A stretch of DNA of 64,000 nt. Source: Guillardia theta CCMP2712. Its lineage: Eukaryota > Protista > Cryptophyta. Positions 12,061-25,300 of this stretch are shown piece after piece. The stretch lies in assembly GCF_000315625.1 (NCBI RefSeq), contig NW_005434649.1:434001-498000 (forward strand). Direction: 5' to 3'. A program made the position numbers and the translations under genes. The notes beneath the pieces are model-generated. The model was not told the origin of the DNA, did not search any database, and worked only from the letters and a program-made list of their open reading frames with translations. The stretch's first letter is position 1. Each line of letters opens with the position of its first letter.

Positions 12061-15000
12061 TCAAGAGCTCTTCCCGTCCTCATTCGAAGTTTTCTTTCCT
12101 ATCCTTCCTCTACTTTTTCTCTGTTGTCCTACATTCACCTCTCTCCTCTCCCTCGACCAGCAGCCCCTCGTCCTCGTCCTCTCTGTCGCACGGTCGATCA
12201 TCGCGGCATGCCGCCATTGAGCTTCGCCTCCATCCTCGCGCACTCCTCCTGCCAGCTCGTCAGTGTCGGCATGCCAGCATGTCAGCTCCACATGCAAGAG
12301 TTTGATCGCTCGCTCCGATCGCTTCAGCTCTCGTAGCACCACCGAGCGCGTTTGCATGCACTTGTTCCTGAGGCTGATGATGTACTTCTTCCTATTCTGC
12401 AAGAAAGCGGTGAGAAGAGCGGGAGGGGGAGATGAGGGGAACAGGAGGGGGAGGAGGAAGCCGATACTGTGGAGGAGAGTATAGATTCAGACTGAGAGCT
12501 CGTGTAAATGGGGGCCTCACTTTGAACTCCAAGATCTGACAACAACGTGAGAGGGTGAGAGAGGAGGAGGAGAAAGATTACTCACGCTTTGTTTCATGAG
12601 GAGATCAGATATGTCATCTCGATGCTGCCCATGATGGAGGAGCAGGAGCAGGCGAAAGGGGAGGGAGCGTCAGGACATGCACATGTGAGAGAGTTCAAGT
12701 CTCACGTAGCCTGCTGCCTCTCGCACTGACTCCATGCAGAGGTTGAGGATAGCAACTGAGTTTTCTTGCAGCTGCTCCACCAACTCCTTCCCATCCTCGT
12801 GAGTCCCCACAAGACGATCCCGTCCCACTTACCATCCTGCTCTGGAACGTTTCCTTCACCTCAAACACAAGATTCTCTGCGCTCTCCTCCTCCTCCCCCA
12901 AAGCTCGCTCGACTCGGAACATCTCTCCTCCGATGCGACGGGCAAGCTCCAGCTCCTCCTTCAACCTCCTGCAGCACTCGTTCTCTTGAGCTTTCTTGCT
13001 CTCCCCAGAGATCTCCTTGAGCAACTGGTCTCTTTCTTCCTGCACCTGCAGTAGAGACTCCCGCAAGCTCTTCACCTCGAACGCCATCTTCTTCATTTCG
13101 AATCCTTCCTCCTCCGTCCCTTCCTTCTTCTCCTGCGCATCGCGACGGGCTTGCTCGACCACCATGACCTGCGCCTGCCGCAGCTGCTCCTTGAGGACGT
13201 TGATCTCGGCCTTGAGGTGCTCGTCGATAGCCTTCTCTGCATCGTACTGATTCTCCGCCATCTGCAGCTCGAGGTCCAGCTTGGAAATCCTGTAGGATGC
13301 GATCAGTCATCTAGCCAGCCAGCCGGCGGTAGCGGCGGTAGGAACCTCTTCAGCGCGTTCTCAAACTTAAGGTTCAACTGCTGGTTCTCCTGCCTGAGGG
13401 CGGCGCTCTCGTTCCTCTCCTTCTCCAGAAGCTCCTTCGCGCTCCTCAAGGCCTCTGAGTGCTCTTGTCGCAGCCGACGGCACTCGTGCTCCGCCAGCGA
13501 CAGAGCCTGAGTAGAGCGAGTTAGCAGAACGATCATGCTGCTTGACAATATTGGCAGCGACTTGTGAATGCGCTGTAGCTCCTAACTCTTACAGCACTTC
13601 TTATTCAAGAAGCTTCACTATGCATGACATCACAACGCCTAATTGCTATCCGTCCCCGGCCATGCATAGTCACAAAACTCACCTCCTCCCCTTCAAGTTG
13701 CATGCTCTTGATCTGAGATTTCTGAGACTCGATGACTGTTTGCAGCAGTTGTTTCTCAGACTGATAGTCCTTGATCCTCTCATCTCTCATCATCTTGCTG
13801 ACCACCAGCTGCGACCGAGTCTCGGTCAACTGTCGCACAAGTCCCTCCTTCTCGGCCTCTAGCTGAGCGATCCTAGCTTTCAGCCCCGAGCTCTCCACCT
13901 GAAACGCAACCACGTCCTGTGAGAACGAGCTGTAATGCTCGAGAGCTCGCTTGAGACCCTCGACTCGCTGCTCAAGGATGAAAGCGGGGTTGTCGTACTG
14001 CTCTTTGTTGGCAAAGTTGCACTTGTACTGCATCACCTCTACCTCAAGGTTGTACACTAGCTCCTGCTGGTGCTTGGCGACCAAACGTCTCGACGTCTCC
14101 GTCGCTTGTTCCCATGCTCGATCACGTTGAGAAATGAGTGTCTCCACGTTCTCTCTTAGCGTCTTCACTTCCACGTCCTGCCGAGCCTTCTCCACCTCCA
14201 GCGCTTCTGCAGTCTTTGCCGCCTTGTTGTTCGCTGCATCTAGCCGCGCCCAAAGTTCTTCATTCACTTTCTGTGCTCGTTCTATCTCTTCCTTGGTGAT
14301 GCTCGGGGCAGAACTCCTTTCTCTAGACCCTTCCTCTGTGCCTCGCTGCTTCAACACATGCAGCTGCGCTTCCATGGCTCCCTGCTCAACTCTACCTGCC
14401 TGAAGCTGGTGATTCACATACCGCAGGTCGCTCGCAAGCTGCTGGTTTGCATCTTGTAGCTTCTGATTTTGCGACATCATCCTTGCAAGCTCATCTCTTT
14501 CTTGCTTCTGAACCAAGAGGAGCTCGCGCACGTGCGCCTTCACCTTTAGCAGCTCCCGCTCCCCCTCTGCTGCAGCCTTCCGCTGCTGCTCCAGCTCCCT
14601 GTTCAACTCGTCTGTAATGCTGAGCTGCTGTCGCTGCTGCAGGAGTCCTTTCTTCATGTCTTCTGCTAGCAGTGCCTTGCCCTGGTCCTGCTCCTCAAGC
14701 CTCCTCCGCAGCAGATTGACCTCTAGCCGCAGCGCCTCTTTCTCCTGCCTCAGGTTCATGAGCTGCTGCTCAAGACGCTGCTGGAACAGCTTGTGGGCCT
14801 GAATCTCCCTCTTGAGCGAAGCCTCCCGATGTGACATCTCATGTTGTGTGTCCACAACATGATCGTGTACTGCCCTTGACATGTCGGATGCTGCCAGAAC
14901 CTCCTTGGAGTCGAGCGCGACAGATCGCAGGTCGTCGAGGTGGTCTCTCATCCACCTTATCCTCTTCTCCTCTGCCTCTGCCCGCCCTCTATCTGTCCTC

Positions 15001-15068
15001 AGTCCATCAGTCTGACAGTCTCGCTCCCATCTACCTCCTCCTTCTCCCCATTCTTCTGCCATCTCCAT
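12061..15068 (-). CDS. Long coiled-coil protein of unknown function (multi-exon; 3' end uncertain)
   Basis: E/Q/K/L/R-rich heptad-like exons at 13605..15068, ~13340..13510, ~12830..13290 and ~12170..12400 on the same strand. Confidence 0.55.
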
Positions 15069-16309
15069 GGCTTGATAGGATCACGCCACCATGCCGAACT
15101 TCGGTGTCAAACCGAGCCTGTGGTATTGACTCTGACTCCAATTTTACTCAAAGATAAGTTAAAAATTCACTCTGACACCGTCACCCCGGCGGTACTTGCC
15201 GAGTCAGGTGAAGTTGCCTCGCAGTCCGAGTCGGCCGGGCCCGGGCCAGCCCGGCGGCTTATCTTTCAACTATCCGAGTTTTACTCAAAGTAGTAAGTTA
15301 AAAATCAGTACGTGGACAATCAGGAGAGTACTGAAGGAGGCTTGACCAGCCCCCGCGGCCGGCCGGGGGGCCCCTCCTGCCAGCGACGATCAGCCGTCCG
15401 TGACGGTAAATCCGATGATCATCATCCGACTGTTCATGCCATCATAAAAACAGGCTTCATTTTATACCGTAGCTGACTGTCATCGTTGCTAAAACGCTGC
15501 ATTTCGTGACTCAGTGCATAAAGAGAGCTTTTTTTATGAATACCGGAGCCTCCGGTCACCCGTGATGCTGACTTTGTGCCGTACATGCCGCCGCGGCCGC
15601 CCTCCGTTCCGAGTCCGACTGCGGTGCGACGGTGAGTCACTGCTGAGCCTGACAATGGCAGGCTCAGCCATGCCCGGCCATGCCATGATGACTCATGATG
15701 AGTGACATCGCCGTGAAACCGTGCCCGGCCGTGAGGGTCGTAGCCGGCCCGGCCGGAGGCTCCGGCTTTCCGATTCAAGCCCTTGCGGCAGCTGCTGCCT
15801 ACCTGAGGTATCGTCTACTGAGGCAGGCTCAGTAATTGAAAGCCTTTTGACCGTGGGTGGGTCAGCACTTGGCTCCAAGCAGTCGTATCAGAAGACGTGC
15901 AAAACTTAGAGGGTGGGGTAGTACACACACGGGTATACTTGCTGTACGGATCCAAAGGTTTCAGTACGAAAGACTACGATTCCCTGCCGAAAAGAGCCTT
16001 GGACTGTGCTGGACCGTCGCGAAAGAAACAGTTGTTGTGTTTGCAAGCAGCTATCTCCATGGTGTTGAACAAAAAAGAATATTACGATGCTTCAGGAAGG
16101 CTTCGGAGATTGTAACTGAGGTCAAAGTCGATGCGGTTTCGGTGCGTTGCGACCATACATGCTACGGATGAGAGAGACCAAGAAATGTACATACGAATTT
16201 TTCAATGAATTTACTCAATGCCTGTTATGAATAAAAAGGTTTGGATTTCTAGGCAGAGAACACCCGAATATCGATCGATGGACTAATCAGAGCATGGTCG
16301 ATACTCCTC

Positions 16310-19300
16310 CTAACCGCTGTGCGCCAACACCCACACGTCGTCGAGAATGTCGAGCTCTCCCCTGCCTCCATACAACACGATCCTCTGCCCCATGACTGTC
16401 GTGCTTCCGAAGTATGCTCGAGCAGGGAACGGAGCAAGAGCGGCTGCCTCAACCCAGTCAGCCCCGTCCTTGGACTGCCAGATGTCGCTCTGCAAGAAGC
16501 CATCCGTACCTCCCTCAAACTCTTTCTGCGCGTGTCCTGCTATGACAAGCAGCGAGTCCTGGAAGGCGAGGAGGCTAAAACCTCTCCTCCTCGCCCAAGG
16601 AGCGTTGCCGGTGACCAGCTGCCAGGCTGAGCCGTTGGTGCTGAGCCAGACATCGTTGTACAAGTCGTCACCCTCCCCGCCCATCAACCAGATCTGCGGA
16701 CAAGCGCCGAGGAGCGCGCTGGCTACCATGCCATGACTGTGCCTGGGACTCCAAGGAGCTGCTGAGCTTGCGAGGGTCCAGCTATCCCCATCCTCCGTTG
16801 TCCACACGTCGTTGTACCTGAGCTTTGCCAGCCCTCGGTAGGACGCGCCACCGGCCAGCACCATCCTGAAGTGCCACTCGCCCCCCTCGTACCATGCTGT
16901 TGACACCAGACCGAAGGAGAACCTCCGGCCCCAGGCAGCGCTCGTCGACACCTGGCGCCACACAACCCCGTCGGAGCTGCTCCAGACGTCGTTGAGCGAG
17001 TGCCCTTCCTCTGAGAATCCTCCCATCAGCCACAGCCTCTCCTTGAAGACGGTGACCGCATGCGAGTGTCGGGGCATCCAGCCAGCCTGCCCAGTGACTA
17101 GCTGGAATCGCAGGCAAGAGGCTGTGGAGTTGACCGGGCAAGGAGTCGACTGCCAGACGTCGGACTGGTAAGAGTCGCCCAGGGGAGAGTTGATCTCGTA
17201 CCCTCCGAGGATCCAGACATGTTCCAGAAACTCAACCATGGCATGTCCCATTCTACGCGAGAGAGACGCGTTCTGTTGCTGTCTCCATGACTGCAACTGA
17301 GACGTCTCCACATGCTCCGAGCTCAAGAATGTGTACTCCAGCTCTACAGAAAGCTCGTCCATGGGGTAGAAGAGCAGGAGGTCACGAAGCTGCGTCAGGT
17401 TCCTGCCTCCCGAGTCCTTCATCGTGGCGGTAGCGTTGAAGACAACTGTGCGGTTCGGCGCTTTCATGCACGCGGAGAACAGTAGGCTGTTGTTGCTGTA
17501 CCTGTATGAAGGCAGGCCGGGGGGAGAGAACAGGGGGGAGAAAAGTTCATCCACGAAGATGTGGAAGGAATAAGTTTGATAGCCCTCGCTCGGAGGTCCC
17601 GTAGAGATGTTGAAGAAGAAGTTGGGGATGTATCGGGGCAGACTGTACGGGATGACGGAGAGCCTTCGAGTCTTGACTTGGAAGGAGGGCTGGCGATTCA
17701 CAGGGTGTACAACGATAGTGAAAACCCTCTGCTCCGAGGCCTTGGGCGGAAGGGTCGGCGCCAGGTCGAGGAGGTAACTTGAGTTGGACGAGCAAGCGCC
17801 CTCGTCCTTCAGAGAGACGTAGAAGGTCGCTTGCCCGTACACATCCTCCTTGAGGGCGAATTGCAGCGTCCCGTCGGGAAAGACCTGCGGGCGCGACAGG
17901 AACAGAGCTGAAGAAGCAGAGGAATCTGCATCTTGGACGACGAACGTGACTCTCTGGAAGCAACAAGGGCCGGCCGGACAGTTGCTGTTGGTGCTGATGT
18001 TGATGCCGCCATCGACGGTTGTGTGGTACGGCATTACCTCGTAGGGATCGCCGATTGAGATGTTGTGAGCGAACCTCCTTCGAAGGTGCAGCAGCCGGTA
18101 CTCGCTGAACAGGAAACTGGTGTCGCAGACACCGGCCTCGATCTCGATGCACCAAGAATTCTCGTTTACGTCCAGGGTCTCGTTGGAAGCAAAGGAAGGC
18201 TGATTGTTGAACGGTTGTACTTTGATGGTGAAGAACAAGACAGGCGACCGCAGGTTCTGTTGCAAGTCATAGAAGGAGATACTGAACTTCGCACTTCCGA
18301 ACCGGAAGGGAGCGGAGTCGAAGCGCAGGAAGCCAGTAAGACAGGGAACCTCGGAGCAATTGACGGAAGGCCCGCTAGTGATCAGACCCGGGGGGAAACT
18401 TTCAACCTGCTCCACCTTGAAGCTCCCGGGAGGGACGCGGCCTTCAGACACGATCTGCGTCACGAAGGGAGACGGCCCGTAGGAAGTCTGGTGCTCGGAG
18501 ATGGAGATTTGCTCTTGGACCTGGAACGAGATCGGTTTGGGTATCTCGACACACCTGGTGAGGAAGGAGGAGTTTGACTGCAGCAAGCTCCCATCCTGCA
18601 AGACCACAACCATCGCGATGATCCCTTGGTACTCCCTGTGCATGCGGAACGCCAGGGACTTGTTGGCGAGGTCGATGTGGGGGTAAACGTCGAACGCCTC
18701 CGTCGGAAGGTTTGTGACCAGCACGCTGAATGAGAACGTCTGCAAGCTCTCCAGGTTTTGGCTGGAATACTGAGAGATGAAGTTTTGTAACACCGTTTCC
18801 GTCGAGTTGAGACAAGTCTTGTCGGCGACCGGGACACCCTGCTCATACATACATGCGTAAGGGTAAGACTGGTCACAGGCGATGCTGAACTCTGGTGCAT
18901 ACAGGGTTGTGCTAATCGTCAGGTTGAAATACGCCGGCATCGACACATTCCTTGCCCTGTTTTCGGTGCCCCCGGTATCGAAGAGCAAAATTTTGATGCC
19001 GGCCCTCCCGCTGCAGCCTGGACGGATGGCAAAGAACAAGGTGCCGTTGCGGTCGAGGTAAGGACTGGCCCGTCTCGTGTTGTCGACCTCGATGCTATCG
19101 AACATGGTGGTGTTTGAGCATCGGAATATGACGGAGCTCTCAACTTCGACGTGGAACGTCACTGTCTGCCAGAACTCGTTCGCCCCCGATGAAACGTTGG
19201 TCACAAACGACTCGATCCTACAGGGGTTGGCCGATCCGCACTCATCCTCCTTGCGGACCACGCTGCTGTAAGCAGGGTCCAGAGAGAAGAGAGGAGGGCG

Positions 19301-22300
19301 GTTGACGGAGTTGACGGTGACCGTTATAGTTCTGTTCTTCTGGTTGATTCCGCAATGAGCATCTCCGCTGTCAGTCAGCATGATCACGAACTGAGAGGTT
19401 GCCGTCAGGCTGTCGATGCGGGCTTTAGTCACCAGCTGCAAGCTTCTGTTCGCGAGCAGCACAGGAGGCACCTCCAGCCCTGATTCAGCCGGAGCGTAAG
19501 AGAGAGGAACCACCGCAAACGAAAGCATCTGTGAAGCCTCGTCAGGAGACCCTTGCGACACGTTCACCAGCCAGTCCTCCACCAACACAATCCCCAGGCC
19601 CTCGGGCATCTCAAGGTGACCGGACGAGTCTGCGCTCGTCACTTTACCCGTGAGGTCCTCAGCCCTGAAGCGAGCCTGCTGGTTGAACGCGAACGTCGGC
19701 TGCGCGTTGTACTTGGCCACGTGGATCAAGATCGTGCTTGCGTTTGCTCTGTCCCAGTTGCAAGGAGAAGGGAAGTCGACATACCGCTCGTTCTCAGGGC
19801 AGGCTGGAGGGGTAAAGGGCAAACCGCTCCCAAGTCCACCGTCGTCTTGCACGCCCACAGAAATTGACGCCGTGCCCGCAAAGCCAGGTTTGACTCTGAA
19901 GGTAACGAGGAGAGCAGAGCTGTTCATAGTGTACTGCACATTCTCCAGGGCCTGCGCCCCCACGTCTGAATGCGTCAAAGTGACTGTCAGCTGCTGCGAG
20001 CTCTCGTCGGGGCCGCCATTGTGAACTGCGAAAGGCACAGAGTGGGTGAGTGAAGTCTCGACCGGAAGAGTCTCGCAGAGGGAGAGCTCGGTTTGAGCCG
20101 GAAGGAGGGTTGGAGGGTTGTTGATGGGAGACGCGTAGATGATGAGGGTAGTTCCGATGACAGGAGCAGCAAACTCGATCCGACCGTTCTGTAGGGAGTG
20201 CAAGGAGAACGTCAGACTGCAGTTGTCAGAAAAGATTCTGACGCTGTCATAGATCAACAGGTCCAAGTTTCCAACTGCCTCAGAGACGTTGAGACTGAAT
20301 TGGCCTTCTCCAGCTATGACCCCACACTGAGCCGGTGCCAGCTTGACGTCGACCCTCCCGCTGTTCTCCCACGTGTAGATCTCGATGGGTTGGTCGGAAG
20401 CTGCCCCTGACATGCACTGCTGACAGAGGGAAGATGCTCCGTTAAGGGAGTACCTCAGGTTGTGGAAGTAAACAGGAATGTCGTAGTGAGTGAAATCGAT
20501 CTTCATATTCGCGCAGGTAAGAATACTGCCTGAATCCTTTGCAGGCGCATATTCACACACCAGTTGCTCGTTGGATATCCATTTGGAATGTAAACATTCC
20601 CTTCCGTCGATGGAAATCCTGGGCGACGTGTCGGCGAAGCCGAAATTCTTGCCGAAGACTGTGACGGTGGTGGTTCCGTTGGGGCTGAGGCAGGGAGGGA
20701 TGACATTCTTGACGGAGGGAGTGAGGAGGAGGTTTAGGTCGTCAAGGGGGATAATCGCCTGGAATCCAAGGTCCTCGATCTGGAACTCGAAGCTCTTGAA
20801 GTTCTCTTCGTAGGCGACTGCCCGCATCGTCCCGAGTTCCTTGAAGAGGAAGAGATGGCTGCTGAACAGGAAGGAGTACGAGTCACTCGACACTTCCCTT
20901 GCGCTGAAGGTTGTGATGGTGCGGGTGTAGTCGACGGCCCAATCAGACGGCGACATCTGAGACTCACTGAGTCGGAGGCACTGACCTAACACATTCTGAT
21001 CAGTAGCAACGAAGTTTGCTGTGGAGGTGAAGAGAAAGGAAACGTCCAGGAGCAGGATCGCAAGGTTGTCTTGCTTCCTGACTCTATCTCGGCCCAGCAC
21101 GTCCTCTCTTACGATCAGCAAGGCATCCCTTGTCAGGTCAAACGTCATCGCTGATATCCCTTGCCATCGATTCGCGTACACGATCTTGGGCCCGTTGCAA
21201 GCGTCGGTTCCATTCAGCTGATTCATCTCGAAGGTTTGCAGGATCCCGTTCCACTCGTAGTAGTCGCAGTAAGAGCTCAGGTTCCTACACAGCACCTTCG
21301 CGTCCTGCTCCAGCAGAAGCTCGCTGCTCCTGGTGAAGGTTGTACAAGCGGATTGTCCAGGGGAAACGATCTGACATGCTCCTCCTGCCATCTCACAAAC
21401 CGATCCCACCTTGTTACCCGTGCTCGCCGCGAAGAACACCTGGTCCGTTCCATCCTCTATCAGCCCGTAGTACACTTTGTGTACAGGGTCGAGAGCTCGG
21501 AGGTTGGGGACCGGCACGCCCCGGACAGACGCCAGGACGGCGACAGTTCCGTCAGTGACGTTGATGGAGATGAAAAATGACTTGTCACAAAGGCGGGGGA
21601 TGGCCATGGCGAACAAGCGGCTTGAGACCACGTCAAACTCTAAGTTTGTGACTGTGACGTTGCGCAGGTCCTGCAGGTCGTTGGAGACGCGAGAGCTAAT
21701 GGCTAAGGAGACAGTTGACGTTGCAAACGACATGTTCAAGGAGATCGTAAGCAAGTCAGGATGCCGCTCAAAGTCCTGCATCATGCAGAACAGTCTTCCT
21801 CCCAGCGGATCTGCCGCGATGTTCCCATGGGACATGCACACAGGAGCGATCTTGCGCAGCTCGTGAGTTGAGCCAGTGAACTCATCGAGGGAGAGCAGTT
21901 GAGAGACCGAACCCTTGTTGGACAAGCTGATTGCCTGCACCAGAGGCTCGAAGAACATTACATCTCCAAACTCGTCATAGTAGCGCAGCTGTACCGACGA
22001 CTTCCTCATCACGATCTTGGAGACGATGCACTTGATCATGTTGTCGGATATCCAGATGACGGTAGGGCAACTCTCCTCGTTGATGTAGACTGTAGAGAAC
22101 GAGAGCCCTCCGGTGCCGAAGTTCCTCCCATAAAGAGTGATTTCCGTCTTCTGCCCCTGGTTCACGACTGTGCACAGAACGGAGTCGATGGTTGGGATCT
22201 GTTGCTGCACTACCAAAGCGTCAGACGTGCGATCATCTAGATGCACCGTCACTGTCCAAGGACCGTTGTTGAGGACAGCGGGCGGCTCGCAGATGATGCT

Positions 22301-25300
22301 CGTCCGCTCGGCTTGGAGGACTGCACAGCTCTGACTGCCGATGTTGACCGATGGGATGAATCCCTCCTGTGCGAAGTGGTTGCCAACGATGGTGATCTGA
22401 CTCTGATCGACAAGGTCGAGGCGGGGCGGCTGGATGGAGGAGACGTGGGGCAACTCGAGATAGGTGTAGTTCACTAAGGAAGGGATGGTGGACAGGCCTG
22501 CAACGGTAACCGACACTTGTAATTCCCTTCCTCCTCCTGGTGCCGTCTGGCATGCGATGGAAGAATCAGACTGCCACTGCACTTGCAAGCATGAGGTACC
22601 GCCGATGGTCGCCGACAGTTGATGAAGGTCGTCAACACCGAAGTTGCTCCCGATGAAGGTAACAAATTTGTAACCTTCCACCGACCCGTAGACAGGCTGC
22701 AAGCGACGGACCAGAGGGGCGTCGTAGGAGAAGAAGACTGGTCGGTAGCAGGAGGCGTTCAGGCCAGAGGAGTTGAGAGCCAAGGTCAGCTCATGGTGTT
22801 TGCCTATCCCAGCACCGACTGTACAGGAGATGCTCGTAGTTGAGATCCAGGTCAAAGGTGAGCAGACAGTTTCGCCGATGCTATACTTCAATCCTCCTGT
22901 CTCAGCCGTGTCTGACTCTGCAAAGTAATCTCCTAGAAGGTTCACAGAGAAATTTCCCCTTGCGGGTCCATGATTAGGATCCAGACCGAATACGTAGGGG
23001 GTTTCATAGGTGAAGGAATGGGTCAGACTAGAGTTGTGATCTTCGATGTTGATCTCAACCTTCACGGACTTTCCTGTTCCAGGTGTTACCTTGCAGAAGA
23101 TTGATGTGTCTGAGACGAACGTTGTTGAGATGCAACGTGTCGAGCCAACGAACGCTTCGATCCCTGGCTCAAAGTACGATCCAACGATGTCGACGACTGT
23201 AGATCGAGCAATCTCCAATGTCTCGTTGCACTCTGCATGGGCCTGAACGGACTCGATCGACGGCAGCCGGTAAACCTGACCGACGAAGCTGCCAGTCAGC
23301 TGCGCGACATCAACACGAACGCTGCTCTTAGCATGGAAGGGACCCTGTCTAGCAGGAATGTGCGCCGCCATCGCTGAATCTGATATCCAGAATGTCTGGA
23401 TCGGCTGCCCTTCTATGGAGGCCGTTGCCGAGTAGTCGCTGTACCCAAACCACCGACCGAAGATGGTGCTTGAGGACTGGTTGCGTGGGTCAGCCTTCGG
23501 GCTGAGGTAGTTGATCTCAGGAGGCAGGTAGCTGAAAGTTTTCTCGGATGTAGCCGACTGCAGGTAGACAAAGGTAGTCACAGTCAGGTTCGCTCCCACC
23601 CCAGGTGGGATGTACGCCAGGATAGACGAGTCCGACGTCCAAACAGCCCGAGCAGACTGAGTTTCCCCGACTTGCACGCGGACCTCCGTCTCCGAGAAGC
23701 CGAAGTTCTGACCGTTCACTACCAGCAACCCGACAGCTGGGACGGTCAGGTTGTCAAACTCCAGGGAGGACACATTCCAAGAGACGTTGACACTATGAAT
23801 GACAGGAGGAGCAAGGTACGTGAAGTTGTGGGTGCAAATTGACTCGTCCTCTCCCACCTTGACCGACAGACAATTTGATCCCACCCCGGCAGGCACATGG
23901 CAGCTCAGCGAAGAGTCCGAGGTCCAGACGCTTAAGGAGCAGGCAGACGGTCCAACGAAGGCTCTTGCAGAGTAGTCTGCGGCTCCAAAGTACTTGCCAT
24001 GGACAGCCACGTAGGGGAGAGTTCCATTCTGGTAGGATGGGGCCAGGTTGGAAACTTGAGGGTTCAAGTAGGAGTAGGAGAAGTTGGTGTTGAACGAACT
24101 CTGGGCTATGCCGAGGAGCACCGGGTGCCCCTTGCCGATGCCGGGGCTGACTAGGACCTCAAGGGCAGAGTCTGAGACCCATCGGGTGGTCTCGGCGACC
24201 GTTGAGCCGACGATGGCGACATGGCTCCAGGCAGCGCTGGACCCGAAGTTCTCACCTGTGAGGTTGAGACGGAACTCGCTGACGTGGAGGGAGGAGAAGA
24301 CTGGCTCGTCGTAGCTGAACCACGGGACAACTTCCGTCCAAGCTGAGTTGACGTAGAACTGCGACTTGACGTCTCGCCCGAACCCAGGAGGAGTCTTGCA
24401 GGTCAGGGCGTGCTCGGAGAACCAGTATAGATCTGTACACTCCCTGCCTCCAAGGAGAACTGTGTAGTTCCTCTGGGCATTGCAAGCTCCTGACCCCGAG
24501 GCGCATTTGAGATTCATCCCCCCAATGGTGATGAGCGTCCCCCCCGTTGCTGGGCCATTGGCCGGGGTCAGCTGGGAAATCCTCGAGTCGACGTTCTTGA
24601 TGGAGAAGGCCTTGCTGACAAACTTTTTCCTCACTAGGTACTCGTTCTCCAGGACTGTCAGGTTGACGTTGACCAGGATGTCTCCAGCTGTGTAGACATG
24701 GTCTAGGATGACCCCGTCGAAGATCACGAACGGCTCTGACTCGCCATGGTACCAGTGGAACTCGCCGTGGATCACGGTGGCTTCATAGGAAATCGTGTAC
24801 GTGCCGGAGATAAATCCGTCCGTCCCCTCATTCCTGAGGATCGAGATCAGGATGTTGTCTCCCTCGACAGGTTGCGAAGGGACTGAGAGGTCCAACGACG
24901 CGCCCAATGCGTTGCTATGTAGCATCCAACGTGCGACCAGGGACCTCTGCACCACCTTGCGCTCCTGTTCCGACAGTAAGTCATCGATCAGAACAACCTC
25001 CGCTATGTCGCCATGGAAGTAGTCTCGGGCCTCAGGGTGCAGTTGAGCATCCACCACGTGGGTCCCTCGACCCCCCAGGGTCACGTTGATCGTCGATGAC
25101 AGCGGCATGCGGTGCAAGAACGAGCTGTCGACACTCGGCTGCTCGCGCCCGTCTAACCAGAGCCTGACATTGGTCTCCGTCAGCTCCACTGAGATCACAT
25201 GCATCTCGTCGTTGAGATCCAGCCTGTCCACCGAGTAGAACCCGGAGTAGTTGCCAACCACAGCCTGAATGTATCGCTCTGACCCGATGAAAATCCCAAA

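Noticed and set aside
15857-16171. Short plus-strand ORFs downstream of the giant gene
   Set aside because: Two competing frames and no recognisable domain; a gene call cannot be supported.
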